A DNA stretch of 64,000 nt from an uncultured Gemmatimonadales bacterium (GTDB lineage Bacteria; Gemmatimonadota; Gemmatimonadetes; Longimicrobiales; RSA9): positions 352,001 through 416,000 of the forward strand of contig OY970192.1 in assembly GCA_963708135.1 (NCBI GenBank), given 5' to 3'. Of the stretch, positions 51,425-61,567 are shown piece by piece (position 1 is the first letter of the stretch; the number at the start of each line of letters is the position of its first letter). The translations under genes were made by a program, and so were the position numbers. A model generated the notes under the pieces. That model did no database searches. It was not told the DNA's origin and worked only from the letters and a program-made list of their open reading frames with translations.

Positions 51425-52153
51425 ATGGAGCGGGAGCCCGCAACCGAGGAAACGGCCCTTCCCGCCGAACCCGGGAACGGCGCCGGTGCCGCGCCCGCTC
51501 CGGGCGAGGCCGAGACGGGCGGCACCGCGCGCCGCTCCCGCTTCGGCGCCCCCGGCGGCTTCTACTTCTACGGCGTCGTGCGCTCCCGTGGCTGGCGGCC
51601 GCCCGGCCGCTCGAGCGAGCGCGACGAGCTCCTGCGCGTCCGCTACCGCGACCTCGAGGCGCTGGTCCGCCCCGTCCCCTTCGAGCTCCCGGTGATGGAT
51701 GAGGTGCACGTCCAGGCCCACCAGCGCATGGTCGAGGGCGCCATGCGCCGCGGCACCGTGCTCCCCGCCGCGTACGGCATCATCTTCCGCGGCCGGCGCG
51801 CCGTCATCCGCTTCCTCGAGGACCAGTACCTCGCCCTCGACGAGGGGCTCGCCTTCATCGACGGCCACTGGGAGCTCCGCCTCCACGTCATCGCGACCGG
51901 CCCCGCGGAGCCCGGTCCCGAGCTCGTCGATGTCGCCCTCCACTGCTACGCCGAGCTGCGCCGCTTCGCCCGCGCCGCCGTGCCCTTCCGCCAGGACGGC
52001 CCCAGGATCCTGAGCGCCGCCTTCCTCGTGCAGCGCTCCGGCTGGATCGAGTTCGTCAACCGTGCCGAGGACCTCGGCGCGACCCACCCCGAGCTCAACT
52101 TCGACGTCACTGGTCCCTGGCCGCCCTACGACTTCGTCCGCATGACCCTCTAG
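51425..52153 (+). CDS. GvpL/GvpF-family protein
   Basis: YFYGVV, HQRMVE...TVLP..YG, AAFLV, TGPWPPYDFV. Confidence 0.85.
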   Translation: MEREPATEETALPAEPGNGAGAAPAPGEAETGGTARRSRFGAPGGFYFYGVVRSRGWRPPGRSSERDELLRVRYRDLEALVRPVPFELPVMDEVHVQAHQRMVEGAMRRGTVLPAAYGIIFRGRRAVIRFLEDQYLALDEGLAFIDGHWELRLHVIATGPAEPGPELVDVALHCYAELRRFARAAVPFRQDGPRILSAAFLVQRSGWIEFVNRAEDLGATHPELNFDVTGPWPPYDFVRMTL

Positions 52154-52168
52154 GCGACGCCGCCGGCG

Positions 52169-54469
52169 ATGCTGCTCGAGGTCTCGCTCCCCGTCCCGCT
52201 GCCCCGAACCTTCACCTATCGCCTCGAGCGGGAGGGGCCGCCGCCCGCGCCCGGGACCCGCGTGCGCGTGCCCTTCGGCCGGCGTACCCTCGTGGGCTGG
52301 GTCCTCGGCACGGGCCGCCACGAGCCGGACGCCCGCCTCCGGGACGTGCAGCAGGTCCTCGACCTCGACGGCCCCAGCGTCACGCCCGAGCTGCTCCGCC
52401 TCTGCCGCTGGATCGCCGACTACTACCTGGCCCCCCTCGGCCAGGTGCTCCGTACCGCCCTCCCCGCCGTCCTCTCGGATACCGCCCGCGACGAGCCGCC
52501 CGTGCGCACCCGCCGTGTGCTGCGCCTCACCGCCGAGCTGCCCAGCCTGCTCCAGCGCGAGGAGGTGTTCGGCCGCGCCCACCGGCAGCGCGCCTGCTTC
52601 GAGCTGCTCGAGGCCACCGGCCGCGTCGCCGAGGTCACGCACCTCACCCGGCACAGCGGCTTCTCCTACACCGTCCTGAACGGCCTCGTGGAGCGGGGCC
52701 TGGCCGAGATCATCGAGGAGGAGGTCGAGCGCGACCCTTTCGCCGGCACCGCCGAGCCGCCGGCGCCCGATCTCACGCCCACCCCCGCCCAGGCCGCCGC
52801 CATCGCCACCCTGCGCGCGGCCGCCGACGGCCCGCAGGCCGCCCCGCCCGCCCCGTTCCTGCTCCGCGGCGTCACCGGCTCGGGCAAGACCCTCGTCTAC
52901 ATCGAGCTCCTCGAGGAAGTCGTCGTGCGGCAGGGCCGCGGCGCCATCGTCCTCGTCCCCGAGATCGCGCTCACGCCCCAGACCGTCTCCCGCTTCCGCG
53001 CCCGCTTCGGCGACGCCATCGCCGTCCTGCATTCCGCCCTCTCCGAGGGCGAGCGCTACGACGCCTGGCGCGCCCTCCTCGCCGGCGAGCGCCGCATCGC
53101 CGTCGGCGCGCGCTCCGCCATCTTCGCCCCCGTCCGCGACCTCGGCGCCATTGTCGTGGACGAGGAGCACGAGGGCAGCTACAAGCAGTCGGAGACCCCC
53201 CGCTACCACGCCCGCGAGCTGGCCGTCGTGCGCGCCCGCATGGCCGGCGCCGTCTGCGTCCTCGGCAGCGCCACTCCCTCCCTTGAGAGCTGGAACAACG
53301 CCCTGCGCGGCAAGTTCCGCCTCCTCGAGCTGCCTACCCGCGTCGAGGGCCGCCCCCTCCCCCCCGTCCAGGTCGTGGACATGCGCCGCTCCCGCGCCAG
53401 GCCGGAGCCCGGCCCGGCGGGCGGCATGGGGACCGGCCTGGCCGCGTCGGGTCGCGGAGACGGGATCCTCTCTCCCGCGCTCCACGCTGCCGTCCGCGCG
53501 CGCCTGGAGCGCAGCGAGCAGATCATCCTGCTCCTCAACAGGCGCGGCTACTCGACGTTCGTGCAATGCCGGGACTGCGGCCACGTGTGGCACTGCGAGC
53601 AGTGTAACGTGTCGCTCACCTACCATCGTCGCCGCCGACGGGTGGTCTGCCACTACTGCATGCACGAGGAGCCCGCCCCGGCGCGTTGCCCGGACTGCGG
53701 CTCCGCCGACATCGCCTTCAGGGGGGTCGGCACGGAGCAGGTCGAGCGCAGCGTCATCGAGGCGTTCCCCGCCGCCCGCGTCGCCCGCATGGACGTCGAT
53801 ACCACCTCGCGCAAGTGGTCCCACCACGAGATCCTCTCCCGCGTCGGCCGCCTCGAGGTGGACATCCTGCTCGGCACTCAAATGATCGCCAAGGGGCTCG
53901 ATTTCCCCGGCGTGACCCTGGTCGGCGTGATCAACGCCGACGTCGGCATGAACCTCCCCGACTTCCGCGCCAGCGAGCGCACCTTCCAGCTCCTCACGCA
54001 GGTCGCCGGGCGCGCCGGCCGCGGGCCGCGCGGCGGCGAGGTCCTCGTCCAGACCGCGCTCCCCACCCACTACGCCATCCGCGCCGCGCTCGAGCACGAC
54101 TACCGCGGCTTCGCCGAGCAGGAGCTCGAGGAGCGCCGCGGGCCCGACTACCCGCCCCACTGCCGCATGCTGAACGTCGTCCTCAGCGGCCTCGACCAGA
54201 ACCTCGTCCACGCCGCCGCCGAGGAGACGGCCGCCTGGGTCCGCGACGCCCTCCGCGGCGCCGGCGAGGCCCGCGTGCGCCTGACCGGCCCCGCCCCCTG
54301 CCCCATCGACCGCATCCGCGGCCGCTGGCGCTGGCACCTCCTCCTCCGCAGCGCCAGCCCCGGCGCCATCGGCGCCATCGGCCGCGCCCTCGCCGAGGCG
54401 TTCGACCTCCGCCCCGGCCCCGCCCGCCTCCGCGTCATCCTCGACCGCGACCCCGTGTCGCTGCTTTAG
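52169..54469 (+). CDS. priA: primosomal protein N'
   Basis: GVTGSGKT, VPEIALTPQ, DEEH, NRRGY, four CxxC, GTQMIAKGLDFP, QVAGRAGR. Confidence 0.97.
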   Translation: MLLEVSLPVPLPRTFTYRLEREGPPPAPGTRVRVPFGRRTLVGWVLGTGRHEPDARLRDVQQVLDLDGPSVTPELLRLCRWIADYYLAPLGQVLRTALPAVLSDTARDEPPVRTRRVLRLTAELPSLLQREEVFGRAHRQRACFELLEATGRVAEVTHLTRHSGFSYTVLNGLVERGLAEIIEEEVERDPFAGTAEPPAPDLTPTPAQAAAIATLRAAADGPQAAPPAPFLLRGVTGSGKTLVYIELLEEVVVRQGRGAIVLVPEIALTPQTVSRFRARFGDAIAVLHSALSEGERYDAWRALLAGERRIAVGARSAIFAPVRDLGAIVVDEEHEGSYKQSETPRYHARELAVVRARMAGAVCVLGSATPSLESWNNALRGKFRLLELPTRVEGRPLPPVQVVDMRRSRARPEPGPAGGMGTGLAASGRGDGILSPALHAAVRARLERSEQIILLLNRRGYSTFVQCRDCGHVWHCEQCNVSLTYHRRRRRVVCHYCMHEEPAPARCPDCGSADIAFRGVGTEQVERSVIEAFPAARVARMDVDTTSRKWSHHEILSRVGRLEVDILLGTQMIAKGLDFPGVTLVGVINADVGMNLPDFRASERTFQLLTQVAGRAGRGPRGGEVLVQTALPTHYAIRAALEHDYRGFAEQELEERRGPDYPPHCRMLNVVLSGLDQNLVHAAAEETAAWVRDALRGAGEARVRLTGPAPCPIDRIRGRWRWHLLLRSASPGAIGAIGRALAEAFDLRPGPARLRVILDRDPVSLL

Positions 54470-54594
54470 ACGGCAAGGCCATTGCACGCCGATCTGCCCC
54501 GGCGCTAAACTAATGTAGCCGCATCCCCGGGCCCCAACCCGAGTCGCCGGTGGCGCCGCCGCCGGCCCTGGATTCAGGAGGCGTACGTACGAGT

Positions 54595-55164
54595 ATGGGC
54601 TGCCTGGCGCTGAATGCTTCCTTCGAGCCGCTCACCATCCTCCCCGTCCGGCGCGCGCTCCGTCTCGTCATCGATCGCAAGGCCGAGATCCTCGAGGTCG
54701 ATGAGACGCGCGTGTTCCGCTCCGAGCGGCGGGACATGCCGTGCCCGTCGGTCATCCGGCTGGTCCGCTATATCCACGTTCCGCGCAAGTTCCGCCGGCA
54801 GGTGACGAACACGTTCCTGTTCGCGCGCGACGGCTACCGCTGCCAGTACTGCGGTCGCCATCGGGGACAGCTGCGGGGGCGCGAGTTCCTGACGCGGGAC
54901 CACGTGGTGCCGCTCTCGCGCGGGGGGACCAACTCCTGGCAGAACGTCGTGACGGCGTGCTCGCCCTGCAACAACCGCAAGGGGAGCCACCTGCCGCTCG
55001 AGGTGGGAATGCGTCCGATGCACCTGCCGGCCGAGCCGAACTACGTGGAGCTCGTGTGGGCCGTGCGCCGGATCACGCCGATCCAGGCCAAGTACATCCG
55101 CATGTTCTACGGTGAGGATGTGCTGCGCGCCCTGCAGACGGAGGAGCAGTCGCAGGCCTCCTGA
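54595..55164 (+). CDS. HNH endonuclease
   Basis: LNASFEPL, RDGYRCQYC, DHVVPLSRGG, ACSPCNNRKG. Confidence 0.92.
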   Translation: MGCLALNASFEPLTILPVRRALRLVIDRKAEILEVDETRVFRSERRDMPCPSVIRLVRYIHVPRKFRRQVTNTFLFARDGYRCQYCGRHRGQLRGREFLTRDHVVPLSRGGTNSWQNVVTACSPCNNRKGSHLPLEVGMRPMHLPAEPNYVELVWAVRRITPIQAKYIRMFYGEDVLRALQTEEQSQAS

Positions 55165-55192
55165 CGTGCGCCGCGCTCGCGCACGCGCCGCC

Positions 55193-55594
55193 TCATTGCC
55201 CGCTCTCCAGAAGCTCGTCCATCTTCTGCAACAGCGTCCGGATGTCGATCGGCTTGCGCACGTAGTCGTTCGCGCCGGCGTGCAGCGCCAGCTCCTTGGC
55301 GCCTTCCATGGCGGTGACGGCGATGATCGGGATGGCGTGCGTCCGGACATCGTCGCGCAGCTGCCGCGTGGCCTCGAAGCCATCGAGCACCGGCATCATG
55401 ATGTCCATCAGGATCAGGTCGGGGCTCTCGGTGAAAGCGAGATCGACGGCCTCGCGGCCGTTCGTCGCCACCAGCACGCCGTACCCGAACGCCTCCAGCA
55501 GCGCGCGCAATGCTTCACGGCTATCCATGTGATCCTCCGCGATCAGGATCGTCGCGGAGACGCCGGATGCCTCTCTCTCCGAAAGCTCTCGCAT
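55193..55594 (-). CDS. single-domain response regulator
   Basis: LIAED, ILMDIMMPVLDG, VTA, RKP. Confidence 0.9.
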   Translation of the reverse strand: MRELSEREASGVSATILIAEDHMDSREALRALLEAFGYGVLVATNGREAVDLAFTESPDLILMDIMMPVLDGFEATRQLRDDVRTHAIPIIAVTAMEGAKELALHAGANDYVRKPIDIRTLLQKMDELLESGQ

Positions 55595-55925
55595 CGTGGC
55601 CGACTTCATCATCCTTGCGCTCGGGCGTGGGCACCTGGTTTCCCGCTTTCCGCCGCACCGGCCCGGGAGCGGCGTGACGCCCGGACAGCCGCCGCACCGC
55701 AGCACGTTTCATGGGCCGCAAGTATTCGGCCATGGACCCCTCCGCCGGTCGCGACCCCGGGCGTCGCCGACTGGACGGCCCACCGCCCGCCCCCTACCTT
55801 CGGCGCATGCCCGACACCCTGTTGATTCCGCGCCCCGTTGGCGCCGCCCGACCGCGGCGGCTGCGTCTGCATGAGGACCACACGTTCCACGTGGAGTGCG
55901 CTGGCGGGCGGCCGCGGGAGGATGC

Positions 55926-56228
55926 GTGAGCCGGGCCGGCGATGAAGGCGGCGTCTCCGATGCGGCCGAGCTCCCGTCCGGAGCGCGCGCCTTCGAGGTC
56001 GATGGCGCCCGCTGGCTGGCCCGCGCGGCCGGCGCGGCGGCCGCGGGAACCGGACGCCACGGCCGCGCCTTCCTCGTCTCCGTCCTGTTCGCCCTGGAGG
56101 CCGAGCCCGGCGCGCCCCGCCGCGAGGCGCTGCTGCCCCGCGGCCGGCTGGAGACGCTCTATCCGGAGGAGCTCGTCTCGTTGTTCCGCGCCGCGACGGT
56201 GCTCCCGCCGCCCCCGTCGCGAGCCTGA
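55926..56228 (+). CDS. hypothetical protein (about 100 aa)
   Basis: GGAGG RBS before GTG, host codon usage. Confidence 0.6.
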   Translation: MSRAGDEGGVSDAAELPSGARAFEVDGARWLARAAGAAAAGTGRHGRAFLVSVLFALEAEPGAPRREALLPRGRLETLYPEELVSLFRAATVLPPPPSRA

Positions 56229-56554
56229 GCGGCCCCGTCCTCCAGCGCCGGTCCCACCTCCACCCGGTTGCCCGCGACGTGGATCGCATAATGCCTGATC
56301 CCCGGCCCGGGCGGCTCGACCCGGGCTCCGCAACGGATGTCGAAGGTGGCATGGTCGGACGGGCAGACGAGCAGATACCCGTTCAGTCGGCCCTCGCGGG
56401 CGAGGTTCGTGTCGTCGGTCGGGCAAAGCGCGGAAAGGGCGTAGTACGTCTGTCCCACGTTCAGCAGCGCCACCGGCTCGCCGTGCGCCTCGACCTCCCG
56501 GATCTGCCCCGGCCCCAGCTCGGCCGTGCGCAGCACCGCCTGGTACTCCTCCAT
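56159..56554 (-). CDS. Rieske-fold ferredoxin-like protein with non-canonical ligands
   Basis: GEPVALLNVG..YYAL..CPTD...L.EG......CPSDHATFDIRCG. Confidence 0.75.
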   Translation of the reverse strand: MEEYQAVLRTAELGPGQIREVEAHGEPVALLNVGQTYYALSALCPTDDTNLAREGRLNGYLLVCPSDHATFDIRCGARVEPPGPGIRHYAIHVAGNRVEVGPALEDGAAQARDGGGGSTVAARNNETSSSG

Positions 56555-56635
56555 TGCGTCTCCTCCGGCTTCTCCTTCCCGGAAAAGGGCGCAAGAGGTG
56601 TACCCCCTGGCGGGCCGCCGATCCGCGCGCCGCGC

Positions 56636-57169
56636 TCAGCCCGCCACGGCCGGCGGAGCGTGACCCGCCGTCGCGCGCGCCGCCGCCCGGTCGTCTTCGG
56701 CGCTCGCCTCTCCAGCCTCCTCCAGCCATCGGAGCATGGCCCCCTCCTCGGCCAGGTTCCGCTCCACCAACCGCTGCACATCCCCTTCGCCCGCCGCCGC
56801 CGCGAGCCGCACGATCGCCTGGTAGAGCGAGCTCTGGTACGAGAGCAGCCGTGTCGCCATCTCCAGCTCGTAGCGCTCCGCCAGACTCGGCGTCGGCTCC
56901 GCGCCGTAGAACACCCGCCGCTCCTCGCGCAGCCCGCGCACACCGGCGCTCTGCACGAGCGGCGCATCCATCCCCATCAGCTCCAGCGAGCGCTCCAGCG
57001 TGCCCGCGTGGCGACGGGTCTCCTCCCGGTGCAGGCGCACCCGATCGCGCAACGGCTTGCTGGCGGTCTCGGTCTCGAGACGGTCCAGCACCTGCAGCGC
57101 CTGCTGCTCCGCGTCGTAGGCGACCCCGAGCTGGTGGCGCAGCATCTGCTTCAACGTCGTCAGTGGCAT
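56636..57169 (-). CDS. DUF892/YciF-like ferritin-fold protein
   Basis: YDAEQQ, HREETRRH, NLAEE motifs. Confidence 0.8.
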   Translation of the reverse strand: MPLTTLKQMLRHQLGVAYDAEQQALQVLDRLETETASKPLRDRVRLHREETRRHAGTLERSLELMGMDAPLVQSAGVRGLREERRVFYGAEPTPSLAERYELEMATRLLSYQSSLYQAIVRLAAAAGEGDVQRLVERNLAEEGAMLRWLEEAGEASAEDDRAAARATAGHAPPAVAG

Positions 57170-57292
57170 TGTCCGTTGGGGAGTCCGAGGGAACTCGCCG
57201 GCCGCCGCGGGAGGCGCGGCGCCTCGACCCGGATCGGAGCAACAATCGTTCCCCTCCCACCCGCACCCGACCACTCCAGACGGAGGTCCGCC

Positions 57293-58309
57293 GTGCCAGA
57301 TGCCAACCGCAGGAGGATCCTCACCGGCGACCGCCCCACGGGCCGACTACACCTCGGCCACTGGGCCGGCAGCCTCGCCTCACGCGTCCGCCTCCAGGAT
57401 GACTACGAGTGCTTCTTCATCGTCGCCGACCTCCACTCGCTCACGACTCGCCCCGAGAAGGAGCACATCGCCGCCATCCCAGCCCATATCAGCGACATGG
57501 TCCTCGACTCCCTCGCCGCCGGAATCGATCCGGCGAAGAGCACTATCTTCCTACAGTCTGCCGTCCCACAGACCGCCGAGCTCGCCATCCTCCTCCAGAT
57601 GCTCGTCACGCTGCCACGCCTCGAGCGCATCCCCAGCATCAAGGAGATGGCCGAGGCCGCCCACCTCGACGTCCTCCCCTTCGGTCTCGTCGGCTATCCC
57701 GTCCTCCAGGCCGCCGACATCCTCCTGCCCCGCGCCCACCTCGTCCCCGTCGGCCGCGACAACGTCCCGCACGTCGAGCTCACCCGCGAGATCGCCCGCC
57801 GCTTCAACCACCTCTACGGCGAGACCTTCCCCGAGCCCGAGCCCCTCGTCAGCGACGTCCCCGTGCTCCCCGGCATCTACGGCCAGCGCAAGATGTCGAA
57901 GTCTCTCGACAACGCCATCCTCCTCTCCGACCCAGAGGACGTCGTCCGCGAGCGCGTCATGCGCATGTATACCGACCCCAAGCGCGTCCGCGCCGACATC
58001 CCCGGCACCGTCGAGGGCAACCCCGTGTTCCTCTACCACGACCTCTTCAACCCGGATACCGTCGAGATCGACGACCTCAAGCAGCGCTACCGCACGGGCC
58101 GCGTCGGGGACGTCGAGGTGAAGCGGAAGCTCGCCGCCGCGCTCAACGCCTTCCTCGAGCCCATGCGACGTCGCCGTGCCGAGCTCGCCCGCGAGCCCGA
58201 CCTCGTTCGTGACGTCCTCCACCAGGGCAACGCCCGCATGCGCGCCATGGCCCGCGACACCATGGAGCGCGTCCGCGCCGCGATGGGACTTACCTACTAC
58301 CGCGAGTAG
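57293..58309 (+). CDS. trpS: tryptophan--tRNA ligase
   Basis: TGDRPTGRLHLGH, YPVLQAADIL, KMSKS; GGAGG RBS before GTG. Confidence 0.96.
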   Translation: MPDANRRRILTGDRPTGRLHLGHWAGSLASRVRLQDDYECFFIVADLHSLTTRPEKEHIAAIPAHISDMVLDSLAAGIDPAKSTIFLQSAVPQTAELAILLQMLVTLPRLERIPSIKEMAEAAHLDVLPFGLVGYPVLQAADILLPRAHLVPVGRDNVPHVELTREIARRFNHLYGETFPEPEPLVSDVPVLPGIYGQRKMSKSLDNAILLSDPEDVVRERVMRMYTDPKRVRADIPGTVEGNPVFLYHDLFNPDTVEIDDLKQRYRTGRVGDVEVKRKLAAALNAFLEPMRRRRAELAREPDLVRDVLHQGNARMRAMARDTMERVRAAMGLTYYRE

Positions 58310-58335
58310 CGGCCCGCTTCGTGGCTCTCCTCCTC

Positions 58336-58381
58336 TTGACTCCCCATCCCTCCCCTGCGAAACTTAGACGAACTTCTAAAT
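58336..58381 (+). promoter_or_regulatory. probable promoter with ArsR-type operator
   Basis: TTGACT at 58336 and inverted repeat TTAGA-N6-TCTAA at 58364-58379 just upstream of the ArsR gene. Confidence 0.6.
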
Positions 58382-58390
58382 GAGGGCGGC

Positions 58391-58660
58391 GTGGACCGGA
58401 CGATTCGGGCACTGGCGGATCCCACGCGGCGCGAGATCCTGAGGGCGCTGCGGGAACGGGACATGGCGGCGGGCGAGCTCGCCGCGCGCTTCCCGATCAC
58501 GGGGCCGTCGGTGTCGCATCATCTGAGCGTGCTGAAGGATGCGGGGCTGGTGACGGCGGAGCGGGAGGGGCGCAGCATCGTCTATTCGCTGAACGCGACG
58601 GTCTTCCAGGAGTTCGTCGAGGAGATGCTGGGCTTCTTCGGTGTCGGAGGTGAGCGGTGA
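58391..58660 (+). CDS. ArsR/SdpR-family repressor
   Basis: ALADPTRREIL, SHHLSVLKDAGLV. Confidence 0.92.
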   Translation: MDRTIRALADPTRREILRALRERDMAAGELAARFPITGPSVSHHLSVLKDAGLVTAEREGRSIVYSLNATVFQEFVEEMLGFFGVGGER

Positions 58661-59310
58661 GCAGGCGGTGGGTGGGCCCGCTGCTGCTGTTGGCGATGTG
58701 GGCCTTCGCGCTGGCCGTCTACCCGGCGTTGCCGGCGCGCATCCCGATGCACTGGGGCTTTCGGGGTGGCGTGGACCGGTGGGGTGGGAAATGGCCGTCG
58801 GCGTTCGTCGTGCCGCTGGCGGGCGTGGCGTTGTGGTTGCTGCTGCCGGCGCTGCGGCGGCTGGACCCGCGGCGCGGGCACTACGAGCGGTTCGAGCAGA
58901 CCTTCTGGCTGCTGGTGAACGCGCTGGTGGCGTTCATGGCGGTGGTGGAGGTGGCGCTGCTGGGCGCGGCGCTGGGTTGGGCGGTGGACATGACGCGCGT
59001 CGCGCTGGTCCTGGTGGGGCTGGTGTTCGTGGTGCTGGGCAACTACCTGCCGCGGGTCCGCTCCAACTGGTGGGTGGGGATCCGGACGCCGTGGACGCTC
59101 GAGAGCGAGCGGGTGTGGCGGGAGACGCACCGGCTGGGCGGTCGGACGTTCGTGATCGGCGGTCTGGTGACGATGGTGGCGGCGCTGCTGCCGGCGGTGG
59201 TGCGGCCCTGGGTGGCGCTGGCGGGCCTGGTGGTCGGCGGCTTCGTACCGGTCGTCTACTCGTACGTGGTCTGGCGGCGCGAGCAGCTGGAAGGGCGGAA
59301 GAACGGGTGA
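58657..59310 (+). CDS. SdpI-family membrane protein (DUF1648 + SdpI)
   Basis: LPARIPMHW, GNYLP, NWWVGIRTPWTL..W..THR. Confidence 0.9.
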   Translation: MSRRWVGPLLLLAMWAFALAVYPALPARIPMHWGFRGGVDRWGGKWPSAFVVPLAGVALWLLLPALRRLDPRRGHYERFEQTFWLLVNALVAFMAVVEVALLGAALGWAVDMTRVALVLVGLVFVVLGNYLPRVRSNWWVGIRTPWTLESERVWRETHRLGGRTFVIGGLVTMVAALLPAVVRPWVALAGLVVGGFVPVVYSYVVWRREQLEGRKNG

Positions 59311-59350
59311 GCGGGGAGACTTCCTTTCAAGGCGGGCTCCGGCCCGCGGG

Positions 59351-60943
59351 ATGGAACCGATGACGAGCAGTTCCATGCGGCCGCTGCGAGCCGCGGCGCT
59401 GGCGGCGTTCTTCGCCGCCGTTCCCGCTGCGCTCGCGGCGCAGCAGACGAGCGGCGCATACGTGGTCCGCAAGGGCCAGGACACGATCGCGGTAGACCGC
59501 TTCACGCGCGGGCCGACGGAGCTGAAGGGCGAGGTCGTGGACCGGCTGGCCGGTTTCCGTCAGACCTACGACGCGAAGCTGAACGCCGACGGCACCATCT
59601 CGCGCTTCGCCCTCGAGGTCCGGCCCGCCCGGGCGCCGGCCGATTCCCCGCCCGCGCAGAAGATCGCCATCGAGCTGCGCGGCGACAGCGCGTTTCTCTA
59701 TACCGGTGACGCAACTACGCCCGCCCGCTCCATGGCGACGCCCGCGGGCACACTCCCGTTCTTCAACCTCTACTTCTCGCTCGTGGACCAGGCGACGAGG
59801 CGCGCCCACGAGCTCGGGGGCGGCACGCTCCGCATCCCGCTCCTGATGCAGTCGCTGCAGACGGTGGACGGCAGCTACGCGCCCGTGGGCGGCGACTCCG
59901 CCACGCTGACGATCGGCGGCACCACGCTGCGCGTGGCCCTCGACGATCAGGGCCGCATGCTTGGCGGCGTGGTGCCGGCCCAGCAGCTCACCATCGAGCG
60001 CGTCGCAGCCTCCGAGGCTTCGACGAAGGTCGCGCCCACGGACTACTCCGCGCCTCCGGGCGCGCCGTACACGGCCGAGGCCGTGTCCGTCCCCGGTCCC
60101 GCCGGCACCCTCGCCGGCACCCTGACCATGCCGAAGGACGCGCGCGGCCCGGTCCCGGCCATCGTCACCATCACCGGCTCCGGTCCCGAGGACCGCGACG
60201 AGGCGCTCCCTTCCGTCGGGCCCTACCGTCCCTTCCGGCAGATCGCCGACACGCTGTCCCGCCGCGGCATCGCCGTGCTGCGCATGGACGATCGCGGCTT
60301 CGGCGAGTCGCAGGGCGACCTGAAGGGAACCTCCGCCGACTTCGCCGACGACATCCGCGCCGCCGTCCGCTATCTCCGGTCCCGCCAGGACATCGACGGC
60401 GCGCGCATCGCGCTCCTCGGCCACAGCGAGGGCGGCATGATCGCGCCAATGGTCGCCGCCACGGATCCCCACCTGCGCGGCATCATCCTCATGGCCGGAC
60501 CGGGCCGCTCGGGGCGCTTCATCCTGCACTACCAGCTCTCCGCCCTGATCGAGAACGACACCTCACTCACCGCCGCGGCCCGCGACTCGGCCCTGAAGCG
60601 GGTGGACGCGAAGATCGATTCGGCCGCCGCCGCGAGCCCGTGGACCCGTTTCTTCGTGGACTACGATCCGCTGCCCACGGCCCGGAAGGTCCGCGTCCCG
60701 GTGCTCATCCTCCAGGGCGCCACCGACCACCAGGTATTCCCCGACCAGGCCCCGCTGCTGGCGCGCGCCTTCCGCGCCGGCGGAGACCACGATGTCACGC
60801 TGAAGGTCTTCCCGAACCTGAACCACCTCTTCGTCCCCGACCCGAGCGGCCTGCCCGAGGGCTATACCAGGCTGCCTTCCTTCCAGGTCGAGCGCGATGT
60901 CCTCGGCACCATCGCCGACTGGGCCGTCCAGCACCTGGAGTAG
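59351..60943 (+). CDS. secreted alpha/beta hydrolase
   Basis: Signal peptide, TGSGPEDRDE, DDRG, GHSEGG, QGATD, NHLF. Confidence 0.88.
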   Translation: MEPMTSSSMRPLRAAALAAFFAAVPAALAAQQTSGAYVVRKGQDTIAVDRFTRGPTELKGEVVDRLAGFRQTYDAKLNADGTISRFALEVRPARAPADSPPAQKIAIELRGDSAFLYTGDATTPARSMATPAGTLPFFNLYFSLVDQATRRAHELGGGTLRIPLLMQSLQTVDGSYAPVGGDSATLTIGGTTLRVALDDQGRMLGGVVPAQQLTIERVAASEASTKVAPTDYSAPPGAPYTAEAVSVPGPAGTLAGTLTMPKDARGPVPAIVTITGSGPEDRDEALPSVGPYRPFRQIADTLSRRGIAVLRMDDRGFGESQGDLKGTSADFADDIRAAVRYLRSRQDIDGARIALLGHSEGGMIAPMVAATDPHLRGIILMAGPGRSGRFILHYQLSALIENDTSLTAAARDSALKRVDAKIDSAAAASPWTRFFVDYDPLPTARKVRVPVLILQGATDHQVFPDQAPLLARAFRAGGDHDVTLKVFPNLNHLFVPDPSGLPEGYTRLPSFQVERDVLGTIADWAVQHLE

Positions 60944-61242
60944 CCCCCGCGGGCGAGGGGGCGGGCCTCGCCCGCGCCGCTGGCCGGTCCAGGCGTGGCC
61001 GACCAGCGGCCGCAGGCGGGGGCGGACCGCCGCGGGCGTGCGCCCGCGGCGGCGCGGCCCGCCCGCGCGGCCGGCGCCGCAGCTTCGAACCACTCGTCCC
61101 CAGTCCCGAACCTCGGGTCCCGCACCCCGCACCCCCATGTTCCGCGCCCGGCTTCCGGCTAAATTCCGCCTCTGCTGCAACTCCCGCCGCTTCGCGCTCG
61201 TAGGGGGTTCCGCGGCCGACTCCCGCATCCCGGAGAATCGCC

Positions 61243-61530
61243 ATGAACGACATCGCACCGCAGCTGCCGGCCATCCTCGGCACGATCATCGGCGGCCTGG
61301 TCCTGATCATCCCGATCGCCGGCTTCACGCTCCGCTTCGCCATCAAGCCGATCACGGAGGCCGTGCTGCGTATGCGTGAGGCACAGGCGGGGCAGGGCGG
61401 CCGGGAGGTGGCCGTGCTCGAGCAGCGCGTTTCGCTCCTCGAGCAGCAGGTCCTGGGGATCGAGCGCTCCGTGGAGCGGCTGGTCGAGGCCCGCGACTTC
61501 GACCGCCAGCTCACCGCGCCCAAGTCCTGA
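61243..61530 (+). CDS. small TM plus coiled-coil protein (paralog 1)
   Basis: GGAGA RBS; LIIPIAGFTLRFAIKP...RLVEARDFDRQL. Confidence 0.8.
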   Translation: MNDIAPQLPAILGTIIGGLVLIIPIAGFTLRFAIKPITEAVLRMREAQAGQGGREVAVLEQRVSLLEQQVLGIERSVERLVEARDFDRQLTAPKS

Positions 61531-61567
61531 CCACGCCCGCCCGCGCGCCCGGTTTTCCTGGAGGAGG

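Noticed and set aside
54595..55164. HNH nuclease as part of a defence or mobile system
   Set aside because: Host-like codon usage, common stand-alone family, no methylase or mobile genes adjacent.
58391..59310. SdpI as the immunity gene of the fulvocin-like peptide
   Set aside because: About 26 kb away, host-like composition, and ArsR-SdpI pairs commonly occur without a toxin.
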